32,000 nucleotides of DNA from Gemmata obscuriglobus (GCF_008065095.1 NZ_CP042911.1:6630001-6662000); one strand, 5' to 3'. Counted from the stretch's first letter, positions 7,912 to 16,684 are shown. The notes: generated by a model not told the origin, from the sequence alone. Translations and numbers: made by a program.

Positions 7912-10761
7912 TCACCGCGGCTCGGAAACGAACATCGGCACCAGGAACACCATGTCCTCGGACCGCGGCCCGCCCGGGATCACGGTCCCGCCCTGATCGG
8001 TGCCGTCGGTGCCGACGCTCCACAACAGCACTTGGCCGGACCGGATTTCGAGCGACTGCTCACTCGGGCCGCGGCCCGGCCCGGGACCGGAACCCGGCCC
8101 CGTGCTGCGCGGGGGGCCGCGCAAGACCTCGCCCCTCGACACCCGGTACCCGAACGGCCGCCCGTCCGCATACGGGTCGTCGGGCAAGGCCCGCAGGTAC
8201 GGGGTTGGCCCGGCCGTCAGGTCGGCGAGCGCCGCGGGGACGAGTCCCTTCTCATCCATGTGCGCGCGGACCGCGAGCTTCAGGATCAGGGCGCGGCGCG
8301 TCGCCCGCAGGACCCGGTCCGTTTCGGTCTGGTCCCCGCCCGACCGGTTTCTCACCAACAACAGTTGCGCCCCCGGGCGGCCGACCAGCAGCGCCGGGCT
8401 CGCCCCGAACAGGCCGTTCGGCTGGGGCTCGAACCCGAGGCTGAGGAGCCGCCGGGTGCGCTCGCGCTCCCACGGAACCGCCCACGCGAACCCGACCAGG
8501 TCGGCCTCCGCCGCCACCTGGTCCGGGTTGCCGCCGGGCGGGGTGAGTCCGGGCGTCAGCCACTGCACCGGCGCGCGCATCTGCTCGCGCAGCACGAACC
8601 GATCGGCGAGGTGGTGCGGGCGCATGTCCAGCAGCGGGGACGCGTCGCCGGCGGTGACGGTCAGGATCGCCGCCCGGAGTACCGGGGCCGGCCCCCGCGC
8701 GCCGCCCGCCGCCGCTTGCCGGTCCGCCCAGCCGGGGTACCGCTCCAGCCACCGCTCGGCCGCCGCGAGTGCCAGCCGCTCGACGTCCTGGCCGGCGGTC
8801 AGCGGCAGCACGCCGCCCCCGTTTTGCATGTTCCGGGCCAGCGCCACCACCGTGACGAACCGCTTCCAGAACGCCTCCGGTGTGCCGCCGGCCTGTTCCT
8901 GCAGCCCCCACGCCAGCAGCGCCACCGCCATCCGCCGCGCGCCGTCCAGCATCCCGGCGGTCGCCGCCGTGGTGCTCACCAGCCGGGGCGACTCGAACTG
9001 CCCGACCGGCTTCGTCGCCGCGTCTTCCGCGATCGCGTGCCAGGGGCGGTCCCCGGCCGGCAGTTGGGGCTCCGCGAACACCCGGTCCAGCCAGGCCGTG
9101 AACTCGGGGTCGCCCCCGGCCCAGCCCGACCGCACCGCCGCTTCTAACCGCTCCGCGGGGCGGGGCCGCAGGCGCACCAGGGCAGCCCCCTCGGGTCCCG
9201 TGTCGGCGTACTGAACCGCCCGCGAGTACCGCTCCACGGCGGACCGGAACTCGCGGCCCGCCACGTTCTCGTCGTAGGTCGGTAGCGCGGCCACGTAGGC
9301 CAGGTCGTCCTCACTGTCGGGGCGGTCCGGCACCTCCAGCACCCGGAACCCGATCCCGGCGACCAGCGCCGCCAGCGCCGCCCCGGTCCCGGCCCCGAGC
9401 CGCACCAGCGGCCCGCGCCCCAGGAGCCGGTCCGTGGTCCACGGGCGGACGACGAGCCGCCCCGTCGCGACCAGCGCGAGCGCCGGGAGCCACACCTGCC
9501 AGTGCCGCACCCCGCCGGCCAGCAGCGACGGCCCCCAGAGTGCCGCCAGGCACCCGCCGACCACCACCGCGACCCCGCACGCGACCACCAGCTTGCGGAA
9601 CACCAGGCCGCACACGTGCCCCGCCGCGAACCCGTACACCGCCGGCACCAGCAGGTACTTCCACGACTGCGGCCCCAGTTCGTCGAACAACCGGTCGCGC
9701 AGCGCCACGGCGACGAGCCCGCGGCCGTACCCGAACCGCATCTGGCCCTCGGCCACGGCCCGCACCACCGACGGCGCCAGCAGGAGCGCCAGGAGCCACG
9801 CGACCAGGGCGAGGTGCAGCCCCACCTTCACCGCCCACGCGCGGCCGACCGGGAGCCGGCCCTCGGCCCAGAACCCGCCCGTCCGGTGGACCTGTTCGTC
9901 GCCGAACGCGGTCACCCCCGCGAGCGCCCCGGCGGCCAGCGCCAGGCCGGGCCACACGAACAGCGGTTGCGCCTCCGGGACCAGCAGCGCGCACCCGAAC
10001 GCGAGCGCGAACGCGGACAGCACCGCGGCGAGCAGCCGCGTCTGGCGCCAGCCGAGCCACAGCAGCGCGCGGAACCCGGGCGCCCCGCGCGCGCTTCCGG
10101 CCCGCCGCGCCCGGTCCGGGGCCGTGAACCAGCGGGCCGAGAGGACCAGCGGGGTCGCGATCATGAGCGCCTCGAACACCAGCCACCCGGCCGGGCGCGG
10201 CGGCCCGCCCCCCGGCGGCGCGAACGCGAGGCTGATCGGTATCAGGTAGACGAACGTGGCCAGCACCGCCGCCGGCACCGCGAACCCGACCGAGCCCAAC
10301 GTGGTGCGCGCGAGCGTCGAGCCGAACGTGCCCCAGACGAACGCCAGCAGCCCGTACACCACGAGCCGCGCGGCGAACCCCGGCGGCGCCAGCCCGAGGG
10401 CCGCCGCGATGGCAAGCAGCAGAACCGTTTGGACGAGCGCGAGTACGACCCCGGCGACCACCTTGGCGCGCCACAGCCGCGCCCGGGAGCCCGGGAGCAC
10501 TTCCAAAAAGGTGATGGTCCCGGCCTCGCGCTCGGCGGCGAACAGCGCGCCCCCGCACACCATCCCCGCGGTGACCACGAGCATGAGGGTGGCGACGCGC
10601 CCCAGCCCGAGCAGCCCGACCACGTCCAGCGGTCCGGCGCCGGCCTTGGGCGGCTCGCCGAGTACCGCCGCCGCCGCCAGCAACCCGCCCCCGAGTACCA
10701 CCAGCGTGGCCCCGATGAGCCACTGCTCCCGGAACTCCTTCCACATCACAGCTCGGATCAT
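7912..10761 (-). CDS. ABC-2 type transporter permease, duplicated membrane domain, with a large C-terminal soluble region
   Basis: 949 aa. The N-terminus MIRAVMWKEFREQWLIG is typical of ABC-2/NosY-like permeases. Two blocks of hydrophobic helices span roughly aa 1-210 and 230-480. A soluble region of about 470 aa follows and ends in ...LPDDPYADGRPFGYRVSRGE...GQVLLWSVGTDGTDQGG. GAGGA lies 8 nt upstream of the ATG. Confidence 0.85.
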   Translation of the reverse strand: MIRAVMWKEFREQWLIGATLVVLGGGLLAAAAVLGEPPKAGAGPLDVVGLLGLGRVATLMLVVTAGMVCGGALFAAEREAGTITFLEVLPGSRARLWRAKVVAGVVLALVQTVLLLAIAAALGLAPPGFAARLVVYGLLAFVWGTFGSTLARTTLGSVGFAVPAAVLATFVYLIPISLAFAPPGGGPPRPAGWLVFEALMIATPLVLSARWFTAPDRARRAGSARGAPGFRALLWLGWRQTRLLAAVLSAFALAFGCALLVPEAQPLFVWPGLALAAGALAGVTAFGDEQVHRTGGFWAEGRLPVGRAWAVKVGLHLALVAWLLALLLAPSVVRAVAEGQMRFGYGRGLVAVALRDRLFDELGPQSWKYLLVPAVYGFAAGHVCGLVFRKLVVACGVAVVVGGCLAALWGPSLLAGGVRHWQVWLPALALVATGRLVVRPWTTDRLLGRGPLVRLGAGTGAALAALVAGIGFRVLEVPDRPDSEDDLAYVAALPTYDENVAGREFRSAVERYSRAVQYADTGPEGAALVRLRPRPAERLEAAVRSGWAGGDPEFTAWLDRVFAEPQLPAGDRPWHAIAEDAATKPVGQFESPRLVSTTAATAGMLDGARRMAVALLAWGLQEQAGGTPEAFWKRFVTVVALARNMQNGGGVLPLTAGQDVERLALAAAERWLERYPGWADRQAAAGGARGPAPVLRAAILTVTAGDASPLLDMRPHHLADRFVLREQMRAPVQWLTPGLTPPGGNPDQVAAEADLVGFAWAVPWERERTRRLLSLGFEPQPNGLFGASPALLVGRPGAQLLLVRNRSGGDQTETDRVLRATRRALILKLAVRAHMDEKGLVPAALADLTAGPTPYLRALPDDPYADGRPFGYRVSRGEVLRGPPRSTGPGSGPGPGRGPSEQSLEIRSGQVLLWSVGTDGTDQGGTVIPGGPRSEDMVFLVPMFVSEPR

Positions 10762-11281
10762 CGGACGTCCTCGCTTTCGGACGGCAGCGGTCGGGCACCG
10801 GTGCGGGTCAAGGAATCCGACCGGAGCGGGAACGGGCTTCCCCGCTCACGGAGGTGCGGTCGGCCGGATCGTCGGCACATCGGGTATTTCCCCACCCTAA
10901 TTCCCCCGCGCGGAGCTTCCGGAAGTCCGTGCCCGCCACGCGAGTGCCAAACGGAACGCCTCGGTGCCAAATTCCGTCACCACACGCGGTACTGCCGGCA
11001 CGAGCCAATCGGACACAAGATTAATTCTCGCAACACCTTGCAACCCGTCAGGCGAACGCGACCGGGGCAACTACCGGGATGGCGTCCCGTGATTGGAACA
11101 CGTGATTCGCGGGTAGCTGCCACCCAGCGAGCGGGTAGCGAATCGGCAGTCAAACGGCAGCGAATGTCCAGTCCGCGCCCCATCGGCTCCGGCGGCGCCC
11201 TCTCGGCCCTCTTCAGCCCCTTTCAGCACCGCGCGAGTCAACCACCACTAATAACAGATGGCAGCGGTCCGTGTTCCGATG

Positions 11282-11389
11282 TTGAGTGTGGGCCGCTCGC
11301 TCCGCGAGCGGGTTCCGTAGCGGCCAACAAAACCGATCGCTTCAACAGCGGCCTCGCGACCGCTCGCGGAGCGAGCGGACCACACTCAA
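11282..11389. repeat. Nested palindromic element, family PAL-D
   Basis: The 30-bp arms are ttgagtgtgggccgctcgctccgcgagcgg (11282-11311) and ccgctcgcggagcgagcggaccacactcaa (11360-11389), with one mismatch and a 48-nt centre. Each arm contains its own hairpin (ccgctcgc-tcc-gcgagcgg). Confidence 0.8.
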
Positions 11390-11454
11390 GGCACCACACA
11401 GGCGACGGGAATCAACGCCGACCAAGCGGGCGGTCGTAGTCGCGCTGCACGTTT

Positions 11455-11517
11455 GACGAGCCGCGACCGCCAGGGAGCGGGATACGTGGAACCGCTCCCT
11501 GGCGGTCGCGGCTCGTC
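11455..11517. repeat. Palindromic element, family PAL-B, copy 1
   Basis: Perfect 26-bp arms gacgagccgcgaccgccagggagcgg (11455-11480) and ccgctccctggcggtcgcggctcgtc (11492-11517), with loop gatacgtggaa. It lies 62 nt downstream of the ABC ATPase stop. Near-identical copies are at 16622 and 27735. Confidence 0.9.
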
Positions 11518-11578
11518 GGAACAGACATCCACAGTAGGGTTGTGTATCAGCGGCCGAATGCTCGCCCCACTCTACCCA

Positions 11579-12505
11579 TCACTCCCCCACCTTCCGAACC
11601 ATCGGCACCGCGCCGGCCTCCGGGGCCTTCGACATGAGCGCGGCGTACAGCTCTTCCAGCCCCACCGGCTGGTCCTCGAAGTCGGTCACGTCCGGCCGGT
11701 TCCGCAGCGCCGCCACGGCATCGGGATCGGGGTCGCGCACCAGCACCTGCCAGAACCGCCCGGTGGCCGAGCGCTCGAGCAGCGTCCCGAGGCCGGTCGG
11801 GTCCGGCGGCGAACCGGTGAACCGCAGGCTCAGCCGGCGCACCTGCTTGCGCACCTGTTCGAGCGTGGTGGACATGATCATCTGGCCGTCGCGGAGCAGC
11901 CCGACGTGCGTGCAGGCCCGCTCCAGTTCCGCGATCGAGTGGCTGGTGACGAACACCGTGCGGCCCGCCGCCGCCAGCTCGCCCAGGCTCGCCAGGAACT
12001 CGCGCCGCGTCAGCAGGTCGAGGCCGGACGTGGGCTCGTCGAGCAGCAGCACCTCGGGCTCGGGCGCCAGCGCCAGCGCCAGCCCGACCCGCGCGTACCC
12101 GCCCTTCGAGAGGTCCTTCAGGCGCTTGGACGTGTCCAGCCCCAGGCGCTCCGCGGCCGTCTGGAACCGCCCCAGAAACCCCGGCCGGTGGAACGAGGCG
12201 GTGAACCAGCCGATGTCCGCGACCGTCATCCAGTCGTAGAACCGCGGCCGCTCCGGCATGTACCCGACCCGGTGCCGCAGGTCCGTCGCCTTCGACCAGC
12301 AGTCGAGCCCCAGGATGGTGGCCGTCCCGGCGTCCGGCGGCACCTGGCCGGTGAGGATCTTCATCGTGGTGGTTTTGCCGGCCCCGTTGTCGCCCAGGAA
12401 GGCGTACACGGACCCGCGCGGCACCCGCAGGTTCAGCCCCTGAAGGGCGGGCTTCCCCCGATACCGCACCACGAGGCGGTCGATCTGAATCACGTCTTCG
12501 GACAT
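11579..12505 (-). CDS. ABC transporter ATP-binding protein
   Basis: This is the 3' 308 codons of track ORF 11579..13279, taken from the ATG at 12505 (MSEDVIQIDRLVVRY...). It has Walker A GDNGAGKTT, the signature-like LSKGGYARV, Walker B LLLLDEPTSGLD and the H-loop TSHS. The upstream in-frame extension overlaps the dehydrogenase gene and is R/G-rich. Confidence 0.92.
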   Translation of the reverse strand: MSEDVIQIDRLVVRYRGKPALQGLNLRVPRGSVYAFLGDNGAGKTTTMKILTGQVPPDAGTATILGLDCWSKATDLRHRVGYMPERPRFYDWMTVADIGWFTASFHRPGFLGRFQTAAERLGLDTSKRLKDLSKGGYARVGLALALAPEPEVLLLDEPTSGLDLLTRREFLASLGELAAAGRTVFVTSHSIAELERACTHVGLLRDGQMIMSTTLEQVRKQVRRLSLRFTGSPPDPTGLGTLLERSATGRFWQVLVRDPDPDAVAALRNRPDVTDFEDQPVGLEELYAALMSKAPEAGAVPMVRKVGE

Positions 12506-12579
12506 TGGCAGCGCTGTCCCGGTCGTGCGGAAGGGTCCGGTCCCGTGGCGCGGCGCCCGCGCCGTCCAACGGCACGCCA

Positions 12580-13590
12580 CTACAACCGGGCGAAGAACTT
12601 CTCTTTGACCTGCGCGTTGACAACCCACTCCTCGGGCCACTCCCCGGCGAGCAGCTTCACGATCGCCTGGGCGGGCACGCGGGCCATGTCCTGGCGCGAC
12701 TGCTGGTCCACGCCCGCCGTGTGGGCGGTCAGGACGACGCTGTCGAGGCCGAACAGCGGGTTCGTCTTCGGCGGCTCGACCTCGTACACGTCGAGCCCCG
12801 CCCCGGCGATCGTCTTCGCCACCAGCGCGTCGTGCAGGTCCTTCTCGTGAACGATGCCCCCGCGGGCGGTGTTCAGCAGGAACGCCGACGGCTTCATCAG
12901 CGCGAGCGTGTCCTTGTTGATGATGTTCTTCGTCAGCGGCGTCTTGGGCACGTGCAGCGTAACGACATCCGACTCGCGCAGCAGTTGCTCCAGCGGGACG
13001 AACGTGACGTTGTGCGCCGCCGCGAAGGCGTGGTCGGGGGCGATCTCGGTGGCAATCACCTTCAGGTCGAACGGGATCGCCCGCCGGGCCACGGCCTTCC
13101 CGATGCGCCCCAGCCCGATCACACCAAGTGTCTTGCCACGCAGGTTCCCCACCGCCCGGCGCGGCCACAGCCCGGCGCGGATCTCGGTGTCCTGCTCGCG
13201 GAGCTTGCGCGCCAGCGCGAGCATCAGCAGGAAGACGTGTTCGGCCACCGCCTCCTGGTTCGTGCCCGGCGCGTAGCACACCGCGACCCCGTGGTCCGTC
13301 GCGGCCTGCAGGTCAACGGCGTCGTACCCCACGCCCGCCCGCGCGATCACCTTGAGGCCCGCCTCGGCGGCCTTCGCGATGACCTCGCGGGTGTAGGGCT
13401 CGCTGCCGGCGAGCGACGCGACGCACCCCGGCAGTTGCGCCAGCAACTCCGGCACGCTCATTTGCTGTTCGGTGAATACGTGGTCGCGAGGGGGATACTC
13501 AATAGCATAGCCCGCTCCGCGTAGAATGGGGCCGTAGGTGAACTCGATCTCGCGGAGCGGGGCCGGGGCGACCAGAACGCGGCGACTCAT
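12580..13590 (-). CDS. D-isomer-specific 2-hydroxyacid dehydrogenase (phosphoglycerate dehydrogenase-like)
   Basis: 336 aa. It has the NAD-binding motif GKTLGVIGLGRIGKAVARRA, the LLNTARGGIV region, and a catalytic His in LTAHTAG. Confidence 0.9.
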   Translation of the reverse strand: MSRRVLVAPAPLREIEFTYGPILRGAGYAIEYPPRDHVFTEQQMSVPELLAQLPGCVASLAGSEPYTREVIAKAAEAGLKVIARAGVGYDAVDLQAATDHGVAVCYAPGTNQEAVAEHVFLLMLALARKLREQDTEIRAGLWPRRAVGNLRGKTLGVIGLGRIGKAVARRAIPFDLKVIATEIAPDHAFAAAHNVTFVPLEQLLRESDVVTLHVPKTPLTKNIINKDTLALMKPSAFLLNTARGGIVHEKDLHDALVAKTIAGAGLDVYEVEPPKTNPLFGLDSVVLTAHTAGVDQQSRQDMARVPAQAIVKLLAGEWPEEWVVNAQVKEKFFARL

Positions 13591-14025
13591 GATGGGGCTG
13601 ACCCGGGAGAAGTCTCAGAAGGTTTGCGATCAGAATACGGAATCGTGTCCGGTCGTGAATCATCTAAGATGACGAACCCGCCCTTAGGAACCGGTGTCAG
13701 GACCGCCAAGCGGGCCGCGGGCGGATTCGCAGGCCGCGCGAGCGACCGGGTTCCGGGCGTTCGGGTTAGGGAACGAAAATACGGGCTGGGGCGCGCCTGA
13801 CGCGCCGCATTCGGGGAATCGAGGCCATCTTGCTTGACCCATGACTTAAACCGGCTGAATATTACACACAAGAGGTGCGGGAGTTCCGCACCCGATATCA
13901 GCCGGCATGGCACGAACCCGAAACATCCCCCGGAGGAAGGGCCACGACAACGGTGCACCTCACACCCGTTGGCACGCGGAGAACCGACCCTTCGGAGGCC
14001 GTCACCATGCCCTGAAGGAGGCCAC

Positions 14026-14445
14026 TTGAACACCGCCACGTTGAGCACGTTGAGCCCGGTGGACACGGTGCCCACCCCGACCGCGAAGCCCCTGAGCAGC
14101 GCCCTGCACCGGGCCTGTGTTGCCGCGCGAACCGCCGCCGACAACAAGGGGCGCGACATCGTCGTTCTGGACATGCGGTCCAGTACCCCCCTCTTTGATT
14201 ACTTCGTCATCAGCACCGGCACCAGCCGCCGCCAGATCCACGCGGTGGCCGAAGAGACCGACGCCGCGCTGCGGGCCGAGGGCGACACCCGGCTCGGGAT
14301 CGAGGGGTACGAGGCCAGCAAGTGGATCGTGCAAGACTACGGCGACGTGATGGTTCACGTGTTCGACACCGACACGCGCGACTACTACAAGCTCGAAGAG
14401 CTGTGGGCCGACGCCGTGAAGGTGGACTGGGAGCGCGAAGAGTAA
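14026..14445 (+). CDS. rsfS: Ribosomal silencing factor RsfS
   Basis: The C-terminal 139 codons of track ORF 13834..14445 read ...AADNKGRDIVVLDMRSSTPLFDYFVISTGTSRRQIHAVAEE...ASKWIVQDYGDVMVHVFDTDTRDYYKLEELW, the RsfS/DUF143 signature. I place the start at the in-frame TTG at 14026 because GAAGGAGG ends 5 nt upstream of it. Confidence 0.85.
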   Translation: MNTATLSTLSPVDTVPTPTAKPLSSALHRACVAARTAADNKGRDIVVLDMRSSTPLFDYFVISTGTSRRQIHAVAEETDAALRAEGDTRLGIEGYEASKWIVQDYGDVMVHVFDTDTRDYYKLEELWADAVKVDWEREE

Positions 14446-14622
14446 CGTGACCGCCCGCAGGAACTTCCTGTGAGCGTCCCTATAACGAACCTGTCGGCCG
14501 CGTCGCGCCTCTATCGGGGCGTCGGCGTTCGGCCGACAGTCGCTTTTCCGAACGCGAAACGCGAGGTTCGGAGCGCGAAACGAAAACCACCGACCGTCTC
14601 GCGTTCGGCACCACGCACCCTC

Positions 14623-16446
14623 ATGAACCTGCTCACCCAACTTCGTTCGCTGTTCGAGCCGGCCCTCACGGGACTCGCGCCGGACCGCGCGAAGGTGCCG
14701 GACCTGCTCGGCGCGATCAAGCCCGCCGCCAACGCCGACAACGGCGACTACCAGGCGAACTGCGCGATGGCGCTGGGCAAGCAACTGGGCCAGAAGCCGC
14801 CGGAGGTCGCAAAGGCCCTCGTCGCCGCGCTGCCGGCCAACGACCTGCTGGAACCGCCCACGGTCGCGGGGCCGGGGTTCATCAACCTGCGCCTGAAGCC
14901 CGAGTTCCTCGCCAGAGCCCTACAGGAAATCGCGACCGACCCGAAGCTCGGGGTTTCGCCGGCCGCGAAGTCGAAGACGTTCGTGATCGACCTGAGCGGC
15001 CCGAACGTGGCGAAGCCGCTGCACGTCGGCCACCTGCGCAGCACGATCATCGGCGACGCGCTGGTGCGCATCCTGCGGTTCCTGGGCCACACCGTCATCG
15101 GGGACAACCACCTCGGTGACTGGGGCACGCAGTTCGGCATCCTGCTGTACGGGTACAAGAACCACCGCGACGACGCGGCGTTCGCCGCCGACCCGGTGCG
15201 CGAACTGCTGCGCCTGTACATCTTCGTGCGCAAGCAAGCGGCTCTGGCCGAAGGCGAGGACGAAGAGGGCGGCGCGGACAACCCGGTGATGGCGGCGTGC
15301 CGCGCGGAAACGTCCAAGCTCCACGCCAACGACCCCGAAAACGTCGCGCTCTGGAAGAGCTTCATGCCGGCGTGCATGGAGATGTTACGCCCGATCTACG
15401 AGCGCCTTGATGTGAAGATCGATCACGCGCTCGGCGAGAGCTTCTACAACCCCATGCTTGCGGGTGTGGTCGCGGACATGCTCGCAAAAGGCATCGCGGT
15501 CGAGAGTAAAGGCGCGATCGTAATCCCGAACGCGAAAGGCATCGTTCCCCAAACGCCCGAGGAGCAAAAGAAAGAGGAGCCACCGGCGATCATCCGCAAG
15601 CGCGACGGAGCCTTCACGTACACCACCACCGACCTCGCCACGATCAAGTACCGCGCCGAAACGTGGAAGCCGGACGCCATGCTTTACGTGGTGGGCGCCC
15701 CGCAGGCGCTGCACTTCAAGACGGTGTTCGCTCAAGCGAAGCGCTGGGGGGTCGATGGTATCGAGTTCCAGCACGTACAGTTCGGTTCCATGCTCGGCGC
15801 GGATCGCAAGATATTCGGCACCCGTAAGGGTGGCGCGTTGGAACTCATGGAGTTGCTTAATGAAGCCGCCGCGCTGAGCCTCCAGAAGTACGAAGCGAAT
15901 ACCGCGGAGCGTCGCTCGTTCGGGCACAAGATCTATGAAGCGGAGGCCTCTGAAAAGCAAGAAATTGCGGAGGTCGTTGGTGTCGGTGCGGTGAAGTACG
16001 CCGACCTGAGCCAGAACCGCACGACGGACTACGTATTTGACCTCGACAAGATGACTGCGACGGTTGGCAACACGGCCGCGTACATGCAGTACGCATACGC
16101 ACGCTGCCGTAGCATCTTCCGTGAAGGGGGCGTTGACGAGGGCGTGTTCCGCACCGCACCGCCCGCGGTGACGTTACCACACGCCGCAGAGCGGGCGCTC
16201 GCTCTCCACTTGCTCCGCTTGCCGGAGGCGGTCGAAGCAGCGGCAGCAGACTATGCGCCGCACCTGATTACCGCGTACCTGTGGGATTTGGCGAAGGCGA
16301 CGAGCGTGTTCTACGAAGGCTGCTCGGTACTCAAAGCGGATACGCCGGAGCTGAAAGCCAGTCGGCTACTGCTGGTCGATCTGGTGAGCCGGGTCATCAA
16401 GCAAGCACTCGAATTGCTCGGTATCCGCGTCGTGGAACGGATGTAG
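14623..16446 (+). CDS. argS: Arginine--tRNA ligase
   Basis: 607 aa from the ATG at 14623 (MNLLTQLRSLFEPAL). Supporting features: the N-terminal Arg_tRNA_synt_N-like region, the HIGH-type motif KPLHVGHLRS, GDWGTQFG, a DALR-type C-terminal domain, and the characteristic C-terminal ...VVERM. The track ORF begins at an upstream GTG at 14470 that adds an implausible leader. Confidence 0.95.
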   Translation: MNLLTQLRSLFEPALTGLAPDRAKVPDLLGAIKPAANADNGDYQANCAMALGKQLGQKPPEVAKALVAALPANDLLEPPTVAGPGFINLRLKPEFLARALQEIATDPKLGVSPAAKSKTFVIDLSGPNVAKPLHVGHLRSTIIGDALVRILRFLGHTVIGDNHLGDWGTQFGILLYGYKNHRDDAAFAADPVRELLRLYIFVRKQAALAEGEDEEGGADNPVMAACRAETSKLHANDPENVALWKSFMPACMEMLRPIYERLDVKIDHALGESFYNPMLAGVVADMLAKGIAVESKGAIVIPNAKGIVPQTPEEQKKEEPPAIIRKRDGAFTYTTTDLATIKYRAETWKPDAMLYVVGAPQALHFKTVFAQAKRWGVDGIEFQHVQFGSMLGADRKIFGTRKGGALELMELLNEAAALSLQKYEANTAERRSFGHKIYEAEASEKQEIAEVVGVGAVKYADLSQNRTTDYVFDLDKMTATVGNTAAYMQYAYARCRSIFREGGVDEGVFRTAPPAVTLPHAAERALALHLLRLPEAVEAAAADYAPHLITAYLWDLAKATSVFYEGCSVLKADTPELKASRLLLVDLVSRVIKQALELLGIRVVERM

Positions 16447-16473
16447 AACGTTCGGGTGAGGCATTGTGCGGTC

Positions 16474-16585
16474 CCACCTGTGAGCCTTGGTTTTGTGGCA
16501 CAGACATTCCTGTCTGTGCTGCTCCGATACGCGAACCAGCACAGACAAGAATGTCTGTGCCACAAAACCAAGACTCACAGGGTGG
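16474..16585. repeat. Nested palindromic element, family PAL-C, copy 1
   Basis: The arms of about 47 bp are ccacctgtgagccttggttttgtggcacagacattcctgtctgtgctg (16474-16521) and cagcacagacaagaatgtctgtgccacaaaaccaagactcacagggtgg (16537-16585), with 2 mismatches and 1 indel. Each arm contains its own hairpin (gcacagaca-ttcc-tgtctgtgc). It begins 28 nt after the argS stop. Confidence 0.85.
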
Positions 16586-16621
16586 CTGATACATGAACCC
16601 ATCTGTGGTGTCGCTTTTCTT

Positions 16622-16684
16622 GACGAGCCGCGACCGCCAGGGAGCGGGGTACGTGGCACCGCTCCCTGGCGGTCGCGGCTCGTT
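16622..16684. repeat. Palindromic element, family PAL-B, copy 2
   Basis: gacgagccgcgaccgccagggagcgg (16622-16647), loop ggtacgtggca, then ccgctccctggcggtcgcggctcgt (16659-16683). The left arm is identical to copy 1, and the last base of the right arm differs. Confidence 0.9.

Noticed and set aside
5300-8023. 907-aa ORF on the minus strand spanning the GT2 and membrane-protein genes
   Set aside because: Its composition is dominated by R, P, G, H, E and Q. It has no hydrophobic core segments or motifs. It lies exactly antisense to two ORFs that have clear family motifs. It is a typical stop-codon-poor shadow ORF of GC-rich DNA.
7741-11439. Several long ORFs overlapping the permease gene (7741..9147 +, 8000..9214 +, 9311..10798 -, 9434..10249 +, 9502..11439 +, 9540..10127 +, 10256..10900 +)
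   Set aside because: All are Arg/Pro/Ala/Gly/Ser-rich low-complexity translations of other frames of the 949-aa ABC-2 permease gene. Only the 7912..10761 frame yields TM helices and the MWKEFREQW permease start.
13834-13862. Sigma-70-like promoter upstream of rsfS (TTGACC at 13834-13839, then an A/T-rich gaatatta 17-19 nt downstream)
   Set aside because: The -10 match is poor (3-4 of 6, depending on spacing). Planctomycete promoter consensus is not well established. It is plausible but not supportable from sequence alone.
14446-14622. Possible regulatory leader (T-box-like or attenuator) in the 177-nt rsfS-argS spacer
   Set aside because: The spacer contains a 13-nt palindrome caggaacttcctg (14458-14470), two short hairpins (gtcggc/gccgac and ccgaac/gttcgg) and a duplicated cgcgaaacg. 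It has no specifier-loop or T-box sequence. T-box control is not expected outside Firmicutes-like lineages. The evidence is too weak to call.
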